Below, piece after piece: positions 28,403 to 38,538 of a stretch of 64,000 nt of DNA. Under the pieces are notes generated by a model. That model searched no databases. It was not told the DNA's origin and saw only the letters and a list, made by a program, of their open reading frames with translations. Made by a program: the position numbers and the translations under genes. Source of the DNA: Negativicutes bacterium. GTDB taxonomy: Bacteria; Bacillota; Negativicutes; UBA1444. The stretch's first letter is position 1. Each line of letters starts with the position of its first letter. The stretch spans positions 96,001-160,000 of the forward strand of contig CAXXIN010000001.1 in assembly GCA_963665275.2 (NCBI GenBank), given 5' to 3'.

Positions 28403-29704
28403 GTGAATAAACATTTCTTTGACTGGCGTACCCGTTACCGGATCAGGAATTTTTTACGCAGTTCGTTTTGCCTTATTCCTGTTTTAGCCATTGTTGCTGC
28501 GATTGTAGCGGCCCCGATGATTCGACATATCGATGAAATCACACGGTGGAGCTTAATTGAGATAAGCCCGGATGCGGCCCGTTCGATGATTGGTACGCTG
28601 CCATCGGCATTGCTCGCGCTTATTGTTTTTTCTCTGAGTATTCTTCTGCTTGCGGTCCAGATGATGAGCAGCCAGTTCTCTCCAAGGGTCATCGGCCGCT
28701 TCTTTGAAAATCGCATGTTGAAATGGATATTGGGAATCTTCGTTTTTTCGCATACGTATTCCATTTTCGCATTAGGGAGGATTGAAGAACGGGTGCCGGT
28801 GCTTCCCATTTTGGTGGCGTTAACTTTGAATCTGATCTGCCTGGCGGTGTTTCTTTACATGATCCAGTTTGTCGGCAGGGGATTTCGCGCCATCAAAATC
28901 CTGACCGGTATTGCCGCTGACACGAAACAGGTGATCCTGACGCTGTTTCCCCATCCATTTTCGATAGACAAGGCAACGGTGGTAGAAGGAAAAGTGGATT
29001 GGGGTCATCCCTGCCGAGTCATCCGGAATCAGGAGCCATCCGGCGTTTTTGTCGCCTTCGACCAAGTGGGACTGGTCGCGTTGGCGACCCAGCACGACTG
29101 CGTGCTGGAATTGGCGGCGGCGGTGGGGGAATTCGTCGCTGAGGAGCAGCCGTTGTTCCGTGTATACGGCGCCGGAGGCGCCAATATCGATGCAAAGAAA
29201 CTGCAAAGCTCTGTAGCGCTCAACTTGGAACGGACTTTGGAGCAGGACCCTGACTTTGGCTTCCGCATGATTGTCGACATAGCCGCCAAAGCGCTATCGC
29301 CTGCTATCAATGATCCGACGACTGGAGTTTTGGCCATCGACCAGCTGCAGCATCTGCTGGGACAACTCGGAAACAGACAGCTGAACGAAGGGTTCGCCAA
29401 AGATGCGGCGGGGACGATTCGATTGGTTTTTCCGTTTTGCAGCTGGGAGGACTTTGTCGTGCTGGCCGTCACCGAAATTCGCCATTATGGGGGTCTGAAT
29501 CCGCAGGTGACCCGGCGTCTGCAGGCTATGTACGGTTATCTGTTGAATGTTTTGCCTGAGCCGCGCAAGGCTGCGATCCGGCGGGAAGTATTGTTGTTGC
29601 GGCAAACAGTCGAACAGTGCTACCCCAACCAGCAAGACCGTGAAATTGCCGCAACTGCCGATTTGCAGGGGTTTGGTCCAAGCCGGCGCGAAATCGGCGA
29701 ATAG
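28403..29704 (+). CDS. DUF2254-family membrane protein
   Basis: QMMSSQFSPR, ERTLEQD..FG.R..VDIA.KALSPAINDPTT. Confidence 0.88.
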   Translation: MNKHFFDWRTRYRIRNFLRSSFCLIPVLAIVAAIVAAPMIRHIDEITRWSLIEISPDAARSMIGTLPSALLALIVFSLSILLLAVQMMSSQFSPRVIGRFFENRMLKWILGIFVFSHTYSIFALGRIEERVPVLPILVALTLNLICLAVFLYMIQFVGRGFRAIKILTGIAADTKQVILTLFPHPFSIDKATVVEGKVDWGHPCRVIRNQEPSGVFVAFDQVGLVALATQHDCVLELAAAVGEFVAEEQPLFRVYGAGGANIDAKKLQSSVALNLERTLEQDPDFGFRMIVDIAAKALSPAINDPTTGVLAIDQLQHLLGQLGNRQLNEGFAKDAAGTIRLVFPFCSWEDFVVLAVTEIRHYGGLNPQVTRRLQAMYGYLLNVLPEPRKAAIRREVLLLRQTVEQCYPNQQDREIAATADLQGFGPSRREIGE

Positions 29705-29864
29705 TTTGGACCCTTTGGACTTGTTGAACTTACACCCTCTGTTGCGTCGATTTCTTATACAATGATGATAATGCAGTACTGAATTATTGGGGATAAAATA
29801 TAATAAGTTGACATGTCTGGTCAAAGCAAACTGCGTATCTCGCATTGAAAGGAAGTGCGCGAAT

Positions 29865-32618
29865 ATGACCAACGAACATAAACGGCTTGAAGAGGCCCGC
29901 AAGGGCTCGGCTAACTGGAAGAAATGGGGACCGTATCTGAGTGAACGACAATGGGGAACCGTGCGCGAGGACTATAGCGCAGAAGGTGATGCCTGGAACT
30001 ACTTCACGCATGATCATGCCCGTTCCCGGGCATATCGCTGGGGTGAAGATGGCCTCGCCGGAATTTCTGATGATAAGCAATTGACTTGCTTTGCGCTTGC
30101 CCTTTGGAACGGGAAGGATGCCATCCTGAAAGAGCGGCTTTTCGGTCTCACCAACAGCGAAGCCAACCACGGTGAGGACGTGAAAGAGTACTATTTCTAT
30201 CTTGACAGCACGCCGACCCACTCCTATATGAAATATCTCTACAAGTATCCCCAGGCAGCTTTTCCCTATGAAGACCTCGTGAAAACAAACAAGAGCCGCA
30301 CGCGAAAAGAAATGGAGTTCGAGCTCCTGGACACCGGCGTATTCAACGAGGACCGCTATTTTGACGTCTTCGTGGAGTATGCCAAGGCAAGTCCGCAGGA
30401 TGTTCTGGTGAAGATCACTGCCTTCAACCGGGGACCGGAAGAGGCTGAACTGCATCTCTTGCCGACCCTGTGGTTCCGAAACAACTGGGCCTTGTGGACG
30501 GCAGCGCCAGCGGAGAAACCGATGCTCAGCCAGATTGCTCATCCGGCGGGTGCAAGCGTAGTGAAGATAGTGCATCCCAAAATGGGGGAAGCTGTTTTCT
30601 ATGCGGAAGGGGATGCGAATCTTCTCTTTACCGATAACGAGACGAACTACGAACGTCTGTTTCCCGATTCGCCCAACGCCAGAACTAGGTATGTGAAAGA
30701 CGGCATCAACGATTGTGTGATTCATGGTCAAACGGAAAAGGTCAACCATGAAAAGACCGGCACGAAGGTATCGGCCCACTATCGACGCATGATTGCGTCC
30801 GGACAGTCGGTGACGGTGCAATTGCGCATCAGAAATGCAGCGCTGAGCGGATCGGCGGTCTTCGGACCCGAATTTGACGCAATCTTTGCCACACGGCTCC
30901 AGGAAGCGGATGAGTTTTACAAGTCAGTGACGCCTCCTTCGGTATCTGCGGATCAAGCCGCCGTGATGCGTCAGGCCTTGGCGGGAATGCTATGGAGCAA
31001 ACAATTCTACTATTTTGACGGAGATCTATGGCTGAAAGAGCATCTCGCCCATCCCTTCCAGCATGGCAGCCGCAGATCGCGGAACTTCGAATGGTTTCAC
31101 ATGCTGAACGAACACATCATTTCCATGCCCGACAAATGGGAGTATCCTTGGTATGCGGCCTGGGATCTGGCTTTCCACACGTTGCCACTCTCCATCGTGG
31201 ATCCTGACTTTGCCAAGGAACAGCTGGAAATTATGCTTCGCGGAGCCTATCTGCATCCCAGCGGACAAATTCCTGCTTACGAGTGGAATTTCAGCGACGT
31301 GAATCCGCCGGTCCACGCATTTGCAACCATGTTTTTGAATCGGACAGAGCTGGCTCTGCACGGTGAATCGGATATTGAATTCCTCAAGGAGTCATTCAAC
31401 AAACTGATGCTGAACTTCACCTGGTGGGTGAACCGCAAGGATCGTTTCGGCAAGAATGTGTTCGAGGGAGGGTTCCTCGGTCTCGACAATATCGGTGTTT
31501 TCGACCGCAGCGCTCCGCTTCCTACAGGCGGCCATCTCGAACAGGCGGACGGCACGGCCTGGATGGCTCTCTTCAGCCAGAATATGATGGAACTCGCTAT
31601 CGAAATTGCCACCCATGATAAACACTATGAAGACATGGTCGTCAAGTTCGCGGAACACTTCGCCTATATTGCCGCTGGCATGAATCGCCCCGGCGAGGAC
31701 AGCATGTGGGACGAGGAAGACGGCTTCTACTACGACCTTTTGCGGCGTCCCGACGGCAGCTTCCAACGACTGAAGGTGCGTTCCATGGTCGGCCTTCTGC
31801 CGCTGTGCGCGACAACTGTGATTGAAGCGAGTCAGCGGGAAAAGATTCCGAATGCCATGAACGAACTTTTTGGCCGTTTGCGCCGGATTCCCGAACTGCT
31901 GGATTCGATCCATCCCACGGGCCCGGGACACTTGGGCGTAGCGGAAAGGGGAATCCTGGCCCTTGTTAACCCGATGAGACTCCGCAGGATCCTGTCAAAA
32001 ATGCTTGATGAAAATGAGTTCCTGAGTCCCTATGGCCTTCGCTCGCTCTCCAAGTTCCACGAGCAGCATCCATACATATTCCATGTGGACGGGCAGGAAC
32101 ACCGCGTTGATTATCTGCCTGCGGAATCGGACACCGGCATGTTCGGCGGCAACTCCAACTGGCGGGGACCGGTCTGGATGCCTGTGAACATTCTCGTCAT
32201 CCGGGCGCTCCAACAGTTCTATATGTATTATGGCGACAACTTCAAAATTGAATGTCCCACCGGGTCAGGCAAGCTAATGAACCTTTTCGAGGTGAGCAAG
32301 GAAATTGCAGATCGTCTGGGCCGGATCTTCCTGCGGGAGTCTGCGACAGATGCGTGGCCGGCAGGCAAGAGACCGGTCTACGGCGGTACGGCAAAGTTCC
32401 AGAATGATCCGCTCTGGCGGGACTATATCCTCTTTTATGAGTACTTCCACGGAGACAATGGCGCTGGACTTGGCGCAAGTCATCAGACCGGCTGGACCGG
32501 ATTGGTAGCCAAGACCATTCAACTTTACGGTATGCTGGATCCCCGGCAACTTTTGGAGGTTGGCAAACAAGCTGGATTCGTTCATGGAGCTCCTGGGGAG
32601 GGAGGTAAAAAGGGATGA
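29865..32618 (+). CDS. MGH1-like glycoside hydrolase (GH63 family)
   Basis: WGPYLSERQWGTVREDYS, MPDKWEYPWYAAWDLAFH, GASHQTGWTG. ATG at 29865. Confidence 0.9.
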   Translation: MTNEHKRLEEARKGSANWKKWGPYLSERQWGTVREDYSAEGDAWNYFTHDHARSRAYRWGEDGLAGISDDKQLTCFALALWNGKDAILKERLFGLTNSEANHGEDVKEYYFYLDSTPTHSYMKYLYKYPQAAFPYEDLVKTNKSRTRKEMEFELLDTGVFNEDRYFDVFVEYAKASPQDVLVKITAFNRGPEEAELHLLPTLWFRNNWALWTAAPAEKPMLSQIAHPAGASVVKIVHPKMGEAVFYAEGDANLLFTDNETNYERLFPDSPNARTRYVKDGINDCVIHGQTEKVNHEKTGTKVSAHYRRMIASGQSVTVQLRIRNAALSGSAVFGPEFDAIFATRLQEADEFYKSVTPPSVSADQAAVMRQALAGMLWSKQFYYFDGDLWLKEHLAHPFQHGSRRSRNFEWFHMLNEHIISMPDKWEYPWYAAWDLAFHTLPLSIVDPDFAKEQLEIMLRGAYLHPSGQIPAYEWNFSDVNPPVHAFATMFLNRTELALHGESDIEFLKESFNKLMLNFTWWVNRKDRFGKNVFEGGFLGLDNIGVFDRSAPLPTGGHLEQADGTAWMALFSQNMMELAIEIATHDKHYEDMVVKFAEHFAYIAAGMNRPGEDSMWDEEDGFYYDLLRRPDGSFQRLKVRSMVGLLPLCATTVIEASQREKIPNAMNELFGRLRRIPELLDSIHPTGPGHLGVAERGILALVNPMRLRRILSKMLDENEFLSPYGLRSLSKFHEQHPYIFHVDGQEHRVDYLPAESDTGMFGGNSNWRGPVWMPVNILVIRALQQFYMYYGDNFKIECPTGSGKLMNLFEVSKEIADRLGRIFLRESATDAWPAGKRPVYGGTAKFQNDPLWRDYILFYEYFHGDNGAGLGASHQTGWTGLVAKTIQLYGMLDPRQLLEVGKQAGFVHGAPGEGGKKG

Positions 32619-34105
32619 AGGCCTGGCCGAAGTATCCAGTTATCTTCGAAATTAATACCTGGGTCTGGCTGAATGAACTTAGTCAGAAATACCAGCGAAC
32701 GGTGAATCTCGCCACGGTTCCGTCAGAGGAGTGGGACGCCATTGCTGCTCATGGTTTTGACGCTGTGTGGTTTATGGGGGTCTGGGAACGGAGTCCTGCG
32801 GGAATCACGATTTCCATGCAAAATCAGGGACTGCTGGAAGATTTTCGAAGAGCTCTGCCCGATTTTACGGCAAAAGACAATGCCGGCTCCCCTTATTGTG
32901 TTCGCCGCTATGTCGTGGATGAAAGTCTCGGCGGGACGCAGGGGCTCGCGGCCGCACGGAGCAAGCTCAGAGATCGCGGGGTGCTGCTGATCCTTGATTT
33001 TGTTCCCAACCATGTGGCGCCGGACCATCCGTGGGTGTTCACTCATCCTGAATATTTCATTCAGGGAAATGCCGACGATTTGATAAACGATCCAACATCA
33101 TTTGTGGCGGTTGGGAAAACGGTGTTCGCCTGCGGGCGGGATCCCTTTTTCCCAGCCTGGCCTGACGTGCTTCAACTAAATGCTTTTGCGCCGGGGCTGC
33201 GACAGGCTGTTTTTGATACAATCACGGAGATCGCCGGAGCGTGTGATGGCATTCGTTGTGACATGGCCATGCTTATGTTGAACGATATATTTGAGCGTAC
33301 CTGGGGAGTTCGCGCGGGTATCAGACCGGAGGGCGACTACTGGTCAAGTCTCATCCCTGCAATCAAGCAAAAACATCGTGAGTTCAAGTTCATCGCCGAG
33401 GCCTACTGGGACCTCGAGTGGGAACTGCAGCAGCAGGGGTTTGACTTCTGCTACGATAAGAAACTTTATGACCGAATGGAACATGGAGATCCCGAGAGCG
33501 TTCGCCAGCATCTCCTGGCGGATCTTCCCTACCAAGAGGGGATGGTCAGGTTTATTGAGAACCATGACGAGCCCAGGGCGGCTGCCGCGTTTCCGAACGA
33601 AAAGGGCAAGGCCGCCGCAGTGGCGGTGCTCACTCTCCCAGGTGCCCGGTTGCTGCACGAGGGGCAATTCGAAGGATTGAAAGTACGATTGCCTGTCTTT
33701 CTGGGCCGACGCCCAGCAGAGCCGGTGGATTACGAGCTCGCGAGCTTCTACCACAATCTTCTGCAGGAAATCCAGCCGGATGTTTTTCACAATGGTGAAT
33801 GGAGACTCTGCGAGCGGAGCGGCTGGCCCGACAATCAGAGCTGCCAGAAGTTGCTCTCTTGGTGCTGGGTCAAAGAGGATGACCGCTTCCTCGTCGTCAT
33901 TAATTTCAGCCCGGCGGCTTCCCAGGCGCGCGTTCATATGCCATGGGACGACCTGCGTGGAAAACAGTGGCGCTTGAGCGAGGTGCTCTCAGGAGAAGCT
34001 TACGACCGCAGCGGCGACGAGATGCGGGATGCAGGTCTGTATGTAGAACTGGGGGCGTGGCAGTACCACCTGCTCCGGGTCGACGTGGCGCCGGAGAACC
34101 GCTAA
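32615..34105 (+). CDS. Alpha-amylase-family (GH13) glycoside hydrolase
   Basis: LDFVPNH, DGIRCDMA, IAEAYW, ENHDE catalytic regions; ATGA-coupled to the GH63 gene. Confidence 0.9.
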   Translation: MKAWPKYPVIFEINTWVWLNELSQKYQRTVNLATVPSEEWDAIAAHGFDAVWFMGVWERSPAGITISMQNQGLLEDFRRALPDFTAKDNAGSPYCVRRYVVDESLGGTQGLAAARSKLRDRGVLLILDFVPNHVAPDHPWVFTHPEYFIQGNADDLINDPTSFVAVGKTVFACGRDPFFPAWPDVLQLNAFAPGLRQAVFDTITEIAGACDGIRCDMAMLMLNDIFERTWGVRAGIRPEGDYWSSLIPAIKQKHREFKFIAEAYWDLEWELQQQGFDFCYDKKLYDRMEHGDPESVRQHLLADLPYQEGMVRFIENHDEPRAAAAFPNEKGKAAAVAVLTLPGARLLHEGQFEGLKVRLPVFLGRRPAEPVDYELASFYHNLLQEIQPDVFHNGEWRLCERSGWPDNQSCQKLLSWCWVKEDDRFLVVINFSPAASQARVHMPWDDLRGKQWRLSEVLSGEAYDRSGDEMRDAGLYVELGAWQYHLLRVDVAPENR

Positions 34106-34146
34106 ACAAAACCAATTCACGAGTATCCTGCTCATCAGCAAAGACG

Positions 34147-34173
34147 GACTTGGCGCAAGCCAAGTCTTTTCTT
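34147..34173 (+). terminator. Intrinsic terminator
   Basis: GACTTGGC-GCAA-GCCAAGTC followed by TTTTCTT. Confidence 0.7.
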
Positions 34174-34228
34174 ATTGCTTGTCCTCGTGATAAGATGATA
34201 GATAGAAATTCGTTAGGTTGAGGGTTTT

Positions 34229-34822
34229 ATGCTTTACGACTTTGAGGGGTCCGCTTTGATTTATGATGCGGTTGTGAAACGCATGATCCCTGAAGCGTGG
34301 AGAATAAAATGCGCCGGGCTGGCCCAGGGCAAGGTTCTCGAGGTGGGGATCGGCACGGGGCTGATGCTGCCGTTTTATGACTCTGGCGTATCCGAAGTTG
34401 TGGGGATTGATTTTAGCGCTGAGATGCTGGCTCGGGCCGCCAAACTATCCAAAAGCATCAATTTTCCTGTCCGGTTGGAACAGATGGATGTGGAAAATCT
34501 GAGCCTGGAATCAGCCGCCTTCGATACAGTGGTTTCTTCCTTTATGTTCTGCAGCGTGAAACATCCATTGCAGGGATTATCGGAATGTCGGCGAGTCCTT
34601 CGCCGGGGTGGCCGGATTATTCTGATGGAACATGTTGAAAGTCGAAAGTTTTGGGTTTCCACCTTGCTGAAACTGGCCAATCCGCTTTCAGTACTTCTAT
34701 TGGGAGACCATTTGACCCGGGATACTTTGGGTTTGGCTCGGGATGCCGGTTTCCACATTGACCGGGTGGGAAATTTGCATGGAGACTTGGTACTATTAAT
34801 CGTTGGGACGGTGGCAGAGTGA
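34229..34822 (+). CDS. Class I SAM-dependent methyltransferase
   Basis: VLEVGIGTG, GIDFS..ML, FDTVV, FCSV, EHV. Confidence 0.88.
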   Translation: MLYDFEGSALIYDAVVKRMIPEAWRIKCAGLAQGKVLEVGIGTGLMLPFYDSGVSEVVGIDFSAEMLARAAKLSKSINFPVRLEQMDVENLSLESAAFDTVVSSFMFCSVKHPLQGLSECRRVLRRGGRIILMEHVESRKFWVSTLLKLANPLSVLLLGDHLTRDTLGLARDAGFHIDRVGNLHGDLVLLIVGTVAE

Positions 34823-35367
34823 TTCAGGAAGTGATCGTGGTGGAAGGAAGAAGTGATGTGGCGGCGATTCGACGAAGCGTAGAAGCGGATTGCCTGATCA
34901 CGGGAGGGTTCTCGCTGACGCCAGAATTGGTAGGACAGATCGAAGCGGCTTATAATCGACGGGGGATCATCATCCTGACCGATCCGGATAGTGCGGGGGA
35001 AAGGATTCGGACATTCTTGCGCAAACTCTTCCCCAAGGCGGGACACGCTTTCATTCCCCGGGCGGAAGCAGTCGGGGAGGATGGACGCATCGGCGTGGAA
35101 AAAGCCGACCCAGCCCAAATCAGGGCAGCGCTCGCCAAAGTGCGAACGGCTGAGATTGCTGTGGCAAATGAATTTACGGTGGCAGACCTACTGGAAGCAG
35201 GACTTGCCGGAGGAACGACGGCGACAATGAAGCGGTCGTTTCTGGGGGCGGAGCTGGGACTCGGCTGGGCCAATGCCAAGACGTTTCTGCACAGATTGAA
35301 CACCTATGGCGTCGGACGTCAGGAATTTCAAGCAGCACTGGAAAAATGGGAGGCAACGCATGACTGA
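34819..35367 (+). CDS. rnmV: Ribonuclease M5
   Basis: EVIVVEGRSD and ILTDPD.AGERIR Toprim motifs; upstream of rsmA. Confidence 0.95.
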   Translation: MIQEVIVVEGRSDVAAIRRSVEADCLITGGFSLTPELVGQIEAAYNRRGIIILTDPDSAGERIRTFLRKLFPKAGHAFIPRAEAVGEDGRIGVEKADPAQIRAALAKVRTAEIAVANEFTVADLLEAGLAGGTTATMKRSFLGAELGLGWANAKTFLHRLNTYGVGRQEFQAALEKWEATHD

Positions 35368-36234
35368 ACCGATAATTGCCCAACGGGAAGTGACCCGCCA
35401 TATATTGAACCGCTTCGGTATTCGCACCCAAAAAAGACTGGGACAGCATTTTCTGGTGGATGAACAGGTAGTCCGGGGGATTGCCTCGGCTCTAGAGCTA
35501 AAACCAGGCATGCCGGTGCTGGAAATCGGACCCGGGATCGGCACACTGACGCAATTTCTGGCCATGACCGGAGCACAGGTCACGGCGGTGGAACTGGATC
35601 GACGTTGTATCGAGATCATGGGGACAACGCTCAAAGCGTATGAAAATGTGCGTGTCGTGCAGGGAGATATATTATCGCTGGATTTCATGGAGCTGATGGG
35701 CCCCGACCCTTTTTACATCGCCGGCAATCTGCCTTATTACATCACGACGCCCATTGTGATGAAAATATTGGAAGACCGCATGCCTGTGGATCAGATGGTT
35801 TTTATGGTGCAAAAAGAAGTGGCCGACCGCATGGTGTCGGGCCCAGGTACCAAAGATTATGGGGCGCTGTCAGTAGCCGTGCAATTTCACACCGAGGCAA
35901 CCAAGATGTTTGAAGTTCCGTCCGCAGCATTTATGCCGCCGCCGGCCGTTGATTCAGCTGTAGTTCACTTTCGGCGTCGCCAGCAGCCGCCGGTGGAGGT
36001 GGCGTCAGAAAAATTATTTTTCCGGTTGTTCGCGCCGCTTTTGGGCAACGCAGAAAAACCCTAGCCAATTCGCTGCAGGGAAATGGCTTTGCCAAGGAGG
36101 ATGTCCTGGCGATGCTCAGGGATACCGGTATCGATGGAGGACGCCGGGGCGAAACGATGTCGATGGAGGAATTCGCCGCATTGAGCCGGGCTTATGGCCC
36201 GATACAGGAGGATGAGGGGAATGATAAGAAATAA
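35360..36234 (+). pseudogene. rsmA: 16S rRNA m6,2A1518/1519 dimethyltransferase, with a 1-nt frameshift at ~36024 (real or sequencing error)
   Basis: LGQHFL, EIGPGIG, NLPYYITTP. The first frame stops at 36064; the conserved [13 protein letters not shown] tail continues in the -1 frame to 36234. Confidence 0.88.
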
Positions 36235-36763
36235 AGGATCTCATAAACGATGGAATGAAATCAGCGGTTTCCTGCTCGGACTCAGTTTGCTTCTTGCGCT
36301 GTCAGTGGGGATGCCGGCCGCCGTGCAGGCATCTCCACCTAGAACGGTTACGCCGCCGCCGATGACGGCCGGTTACACGCTGAACTCGCTCGAGCAGAAA
36401 GCAGTGCTCCTGTTGAATGAGGATCGCAAGAATGCGGGGCTGGAACCGTTGCAAGTTAACCTGAAATTATCGAAACTGGCGGCGGATTATGCCGCCGATA
36501 TGAATACCCGCAAGTTTTTTGCCCACATCGATCCGGACGGCAAGGACCCATTTGAGCGGATGGCGGCGATCGACATCGATGTCCCGAATGAGGGCGAAAA
36601 TATAGCACTGAGTCCGGATGTGGAAACGGCCCAAAAGATGTTGTTGGAAAGTCCACTGCACCGGGAAAATATTTTGAACCCGAAATTTACGGAGATCGGT
36701 ATCGGCGTCAGGCCGGCTTCTCGCGGCGGAGTGTATCTGGTTCAGGAATTCATTGGACCGTAA
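36221..36763 (+). CDS. CAP/SCP-domain secreted protein
   Basis: LLNEDR...[28 protein letters not shown]. Confidence 0.88.
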   Translation: MIRNKGSHKRWNEISGFLLGLSLLLALSVGMPAAVQASPPRTVTPPPMTAGYTLNSLEQKAVLLLNEDRKNAGLEPLQVNLKLSKLAADYAADMNTRKFFAHIDPDGKDPFERMAAIDIDVPNEGENIALSPDVETAQKMLLESPLHRENILNPKFTEIGIGVRPASRGGVYLVQEFIGP

Positions 36764-36780
36764 ATTGTTCAATTAGCGCG

Positions 36781-36823
36781 TTGACATTCGAAAAATGGCA
36801 TAATATAATCCGTGTATACACAC
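36781..36823 (+). promoter_or_regulatory. Consensus SigA promoter with adjacent putative MarR operator
   Basis: TTGACA-17-TATAAT (36781-36809), then GTGTATACACAC (36812-36823). Confidence 0.8.
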
Positions 36824-36856
36824 GTAAATTTCGATGCTCAATGAAGGGAGGCAATA

Positions 36857-37300
36857 ATGAAACATATTACGACAACCTATCTCAAAAAGCCTAACGTATG
36901 CAACTGCATGAATGTCAGGAGAGCTTCTCGATCCATTACTCAATTTTATGACGAAGTTTTGAAACCCAGTGGCCTTACAGTTGCCCAATTGTCTTTGCTG
37001 GGGCATCTGGTCGCGATGGATGAAATTACAATTACTGATTTGGCCAAGCAGATGCGTATAGATCGAACAACGCTTAATCGCAACATGAAACCTTTGATTG
37101 AGGGAGAGTTGATAACGGTTAAGACAGGGACGGATTCTCGTACAAGGCAAATTCAAATAACGGAATTGGGAAAAATTGCGGTGAATCAAGCTCGAGGCCT
37201 ATGGAAAGAAGCACAGGCGTCGATAAAAGAATATCTGGGCGAAGAGGATTTGCAAAAACTAACGCAACTCCTGGTGAAATTGGAGGCGCTAGTGCCGTAG
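36857..37300 (+). CDS. MarR-family transcriptional regulator
   Basis: CNC..VRRASR..T..YD, DRTTL.RN, D.R.R...T..G. Confidence 0.92.
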   Translation: MKHITTTYLKKPNVCNCMNVRRASRSITQFYDEVLKPSGLTVAQLSLLGHLVAMDEITITDLAKQMRIDRTTLNRNMKPLIEGELITVKTGTDSRTRQIQITELGKIAVNQARGLWKEAQASIKEYLGEEDLQKLTQLLVKLEALVP

Positions 37301-37338
37301 ATTCTAACATAAATTCGCAAGGTGTCATAAGATAATGA

Positions 37339-37350
37339 GTGTATATACAC
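37339..37350. promoter_or_regulatory. Second putative MarR operator
   Basis: Perfect palindrome GTGTATATACAC, 1 mismatch to the site at 36812. Confidence 0.65.
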
Positions 37351-37448
37351 AAAAGAAGGGCAAGCGTGTGACCCGAATCAATGGCTGATATTCAGGGGAA
37401 AACGTAACGCGCAATAGTTTAGATCATTTATGAAAGCAAGGTGACAGA

Positions 37449-38525
37449 GTGAAGACATTATTCGACAATACCACGATTGTCGGGATGAATTTGAATAATC
37501 GATTTTTTCGGTCGGCTACCTATGACGGTCAAGCGGATAAACAAGGCCATCTGACGCCGGAATTGCTTCAGACATACGAAAAATTGGCCCAAGGCGGCGT
37601 CGGAACAATCATTACCGGTATGGTATGCGTCACAGAATTGGATCAACCTGTTCCTCGTCCAATGGCGCTTTATAGTGATATCTTCATTAACGAATACAAA
37701 AAAATGACTGAAGCCGTACACAATTATGGCGCCAATATTGTTGCCCAACTATCCTGCGGGGGAGCGCAAACTAACTTTGTGATCGAGGGCAAGGTTGTAT
37801 GGGGGCCAAGCGCGATTGAAGACATGGGCTACAAGACCACTCCCCAAGAAATGAGTAAGGATGATATTAGCTTTGTTCAGAAATGCTTTGCTGACGCCGC
37901 GTTCCGCGCGAAAAAGGCTGGATTCGACGGCGTACAGATTCACGCGGCGCATGGATATTTACTGAGTAAATTTCTTACTCCCTACTATAACCGTCGGTCT
38001 GATGAGTACGGCGGAAGTACCGCGAACAGGGCGAGAATGATTTTTGAAACATACCAGTCGATTCGGGATAAAGTTGGCCTGGATTATCCGGTCTTGATAA
38101 AAATCAATAGCGGCGACTATTTGGACCAGGGGATGGTATTCGAGGAATGCAAATACATCTGCAAACAGCTGGAGCAAATGGGAATTGATGCTATCGAAAT
38201 TAGTGGAGGAACCGTCTCATCCCGGCCTAACGAAGGTCCTTCCCGCAAGATAAGCACAGAGCAGGAATCTTATTACAAAACGTATGCGGCTGAAATTGCA
38301 GCCGACATCGGTGTTCCAGTTATCTTGGTGGGTGGCAATCGTGATTTTGAGTCTCTGACCGAAATTCTCAACCAGACAAAAATTTCGTATTTCGCCTTTT
38401 CGCGGCCATTGATCCGCGAATACGATCTTGTTAATCGTTGGCAAAGTGGCGACACATCCCGCGCCACCTGCATTTCCTGTCGAAAATGTTTTGGCGCAAA
38501 TGGGATATGTGTATTCAATAAATGA
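37449..38525 (+). CDS. NADH:flavin oxidoreductase (old yellow enzyme family)
   Basis: NRFFRSAT, GFDGVQIHAAHGYLLS.F, C-terminal CxxCxxC. Confidence 0.92.
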   Translation: MKTLFDNTTIVGMNLNNRFFRSATYDGQADKQGHLTPELLQTYEKLAQGGVGTIITGMVCVTELDQPVPRPMALYSDIFINEYKKMTEAVHNYGANIVAQLSCGGAQTNFVIEGKVVWGPSAIEDMGYKTTPQEMSKDDISFVQKCFADAAFRAKKAGFDGVQIHAAHGYLLSKFLTPYYNRRSDEYGGSTANRARMIFETYQSIRDKVGLDYPVLIKINSGDYLDQGMVFEECKYICKQLEQMGIDAIEISGGTVSSRPNEGPSRKISTEQESYYKTYAAEIAADIGVPVILVGGNRDFESLTEILNQTKISYFAFSRPLIREYDLVNRWQSGDTSRATCISCRKCFGANGICVFNK

Positions 38526-38538
38526 ACGAGGTGATGAC

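Noticed and set aside
29784-30821. 345-aa antisense ORF over the GH63 gene
   Set aside because: Shadow frame of a well-conserved gene, with no recognisable motifs or RBS.
36014-36026. Programmed -1 ribosomal frameshift in rsmA
   Set aside because: A_TTT_TTC is not a canonical slippery heptamer, no clear stimulatory structure was seen, and a missing G restores the more conserved FRVV.
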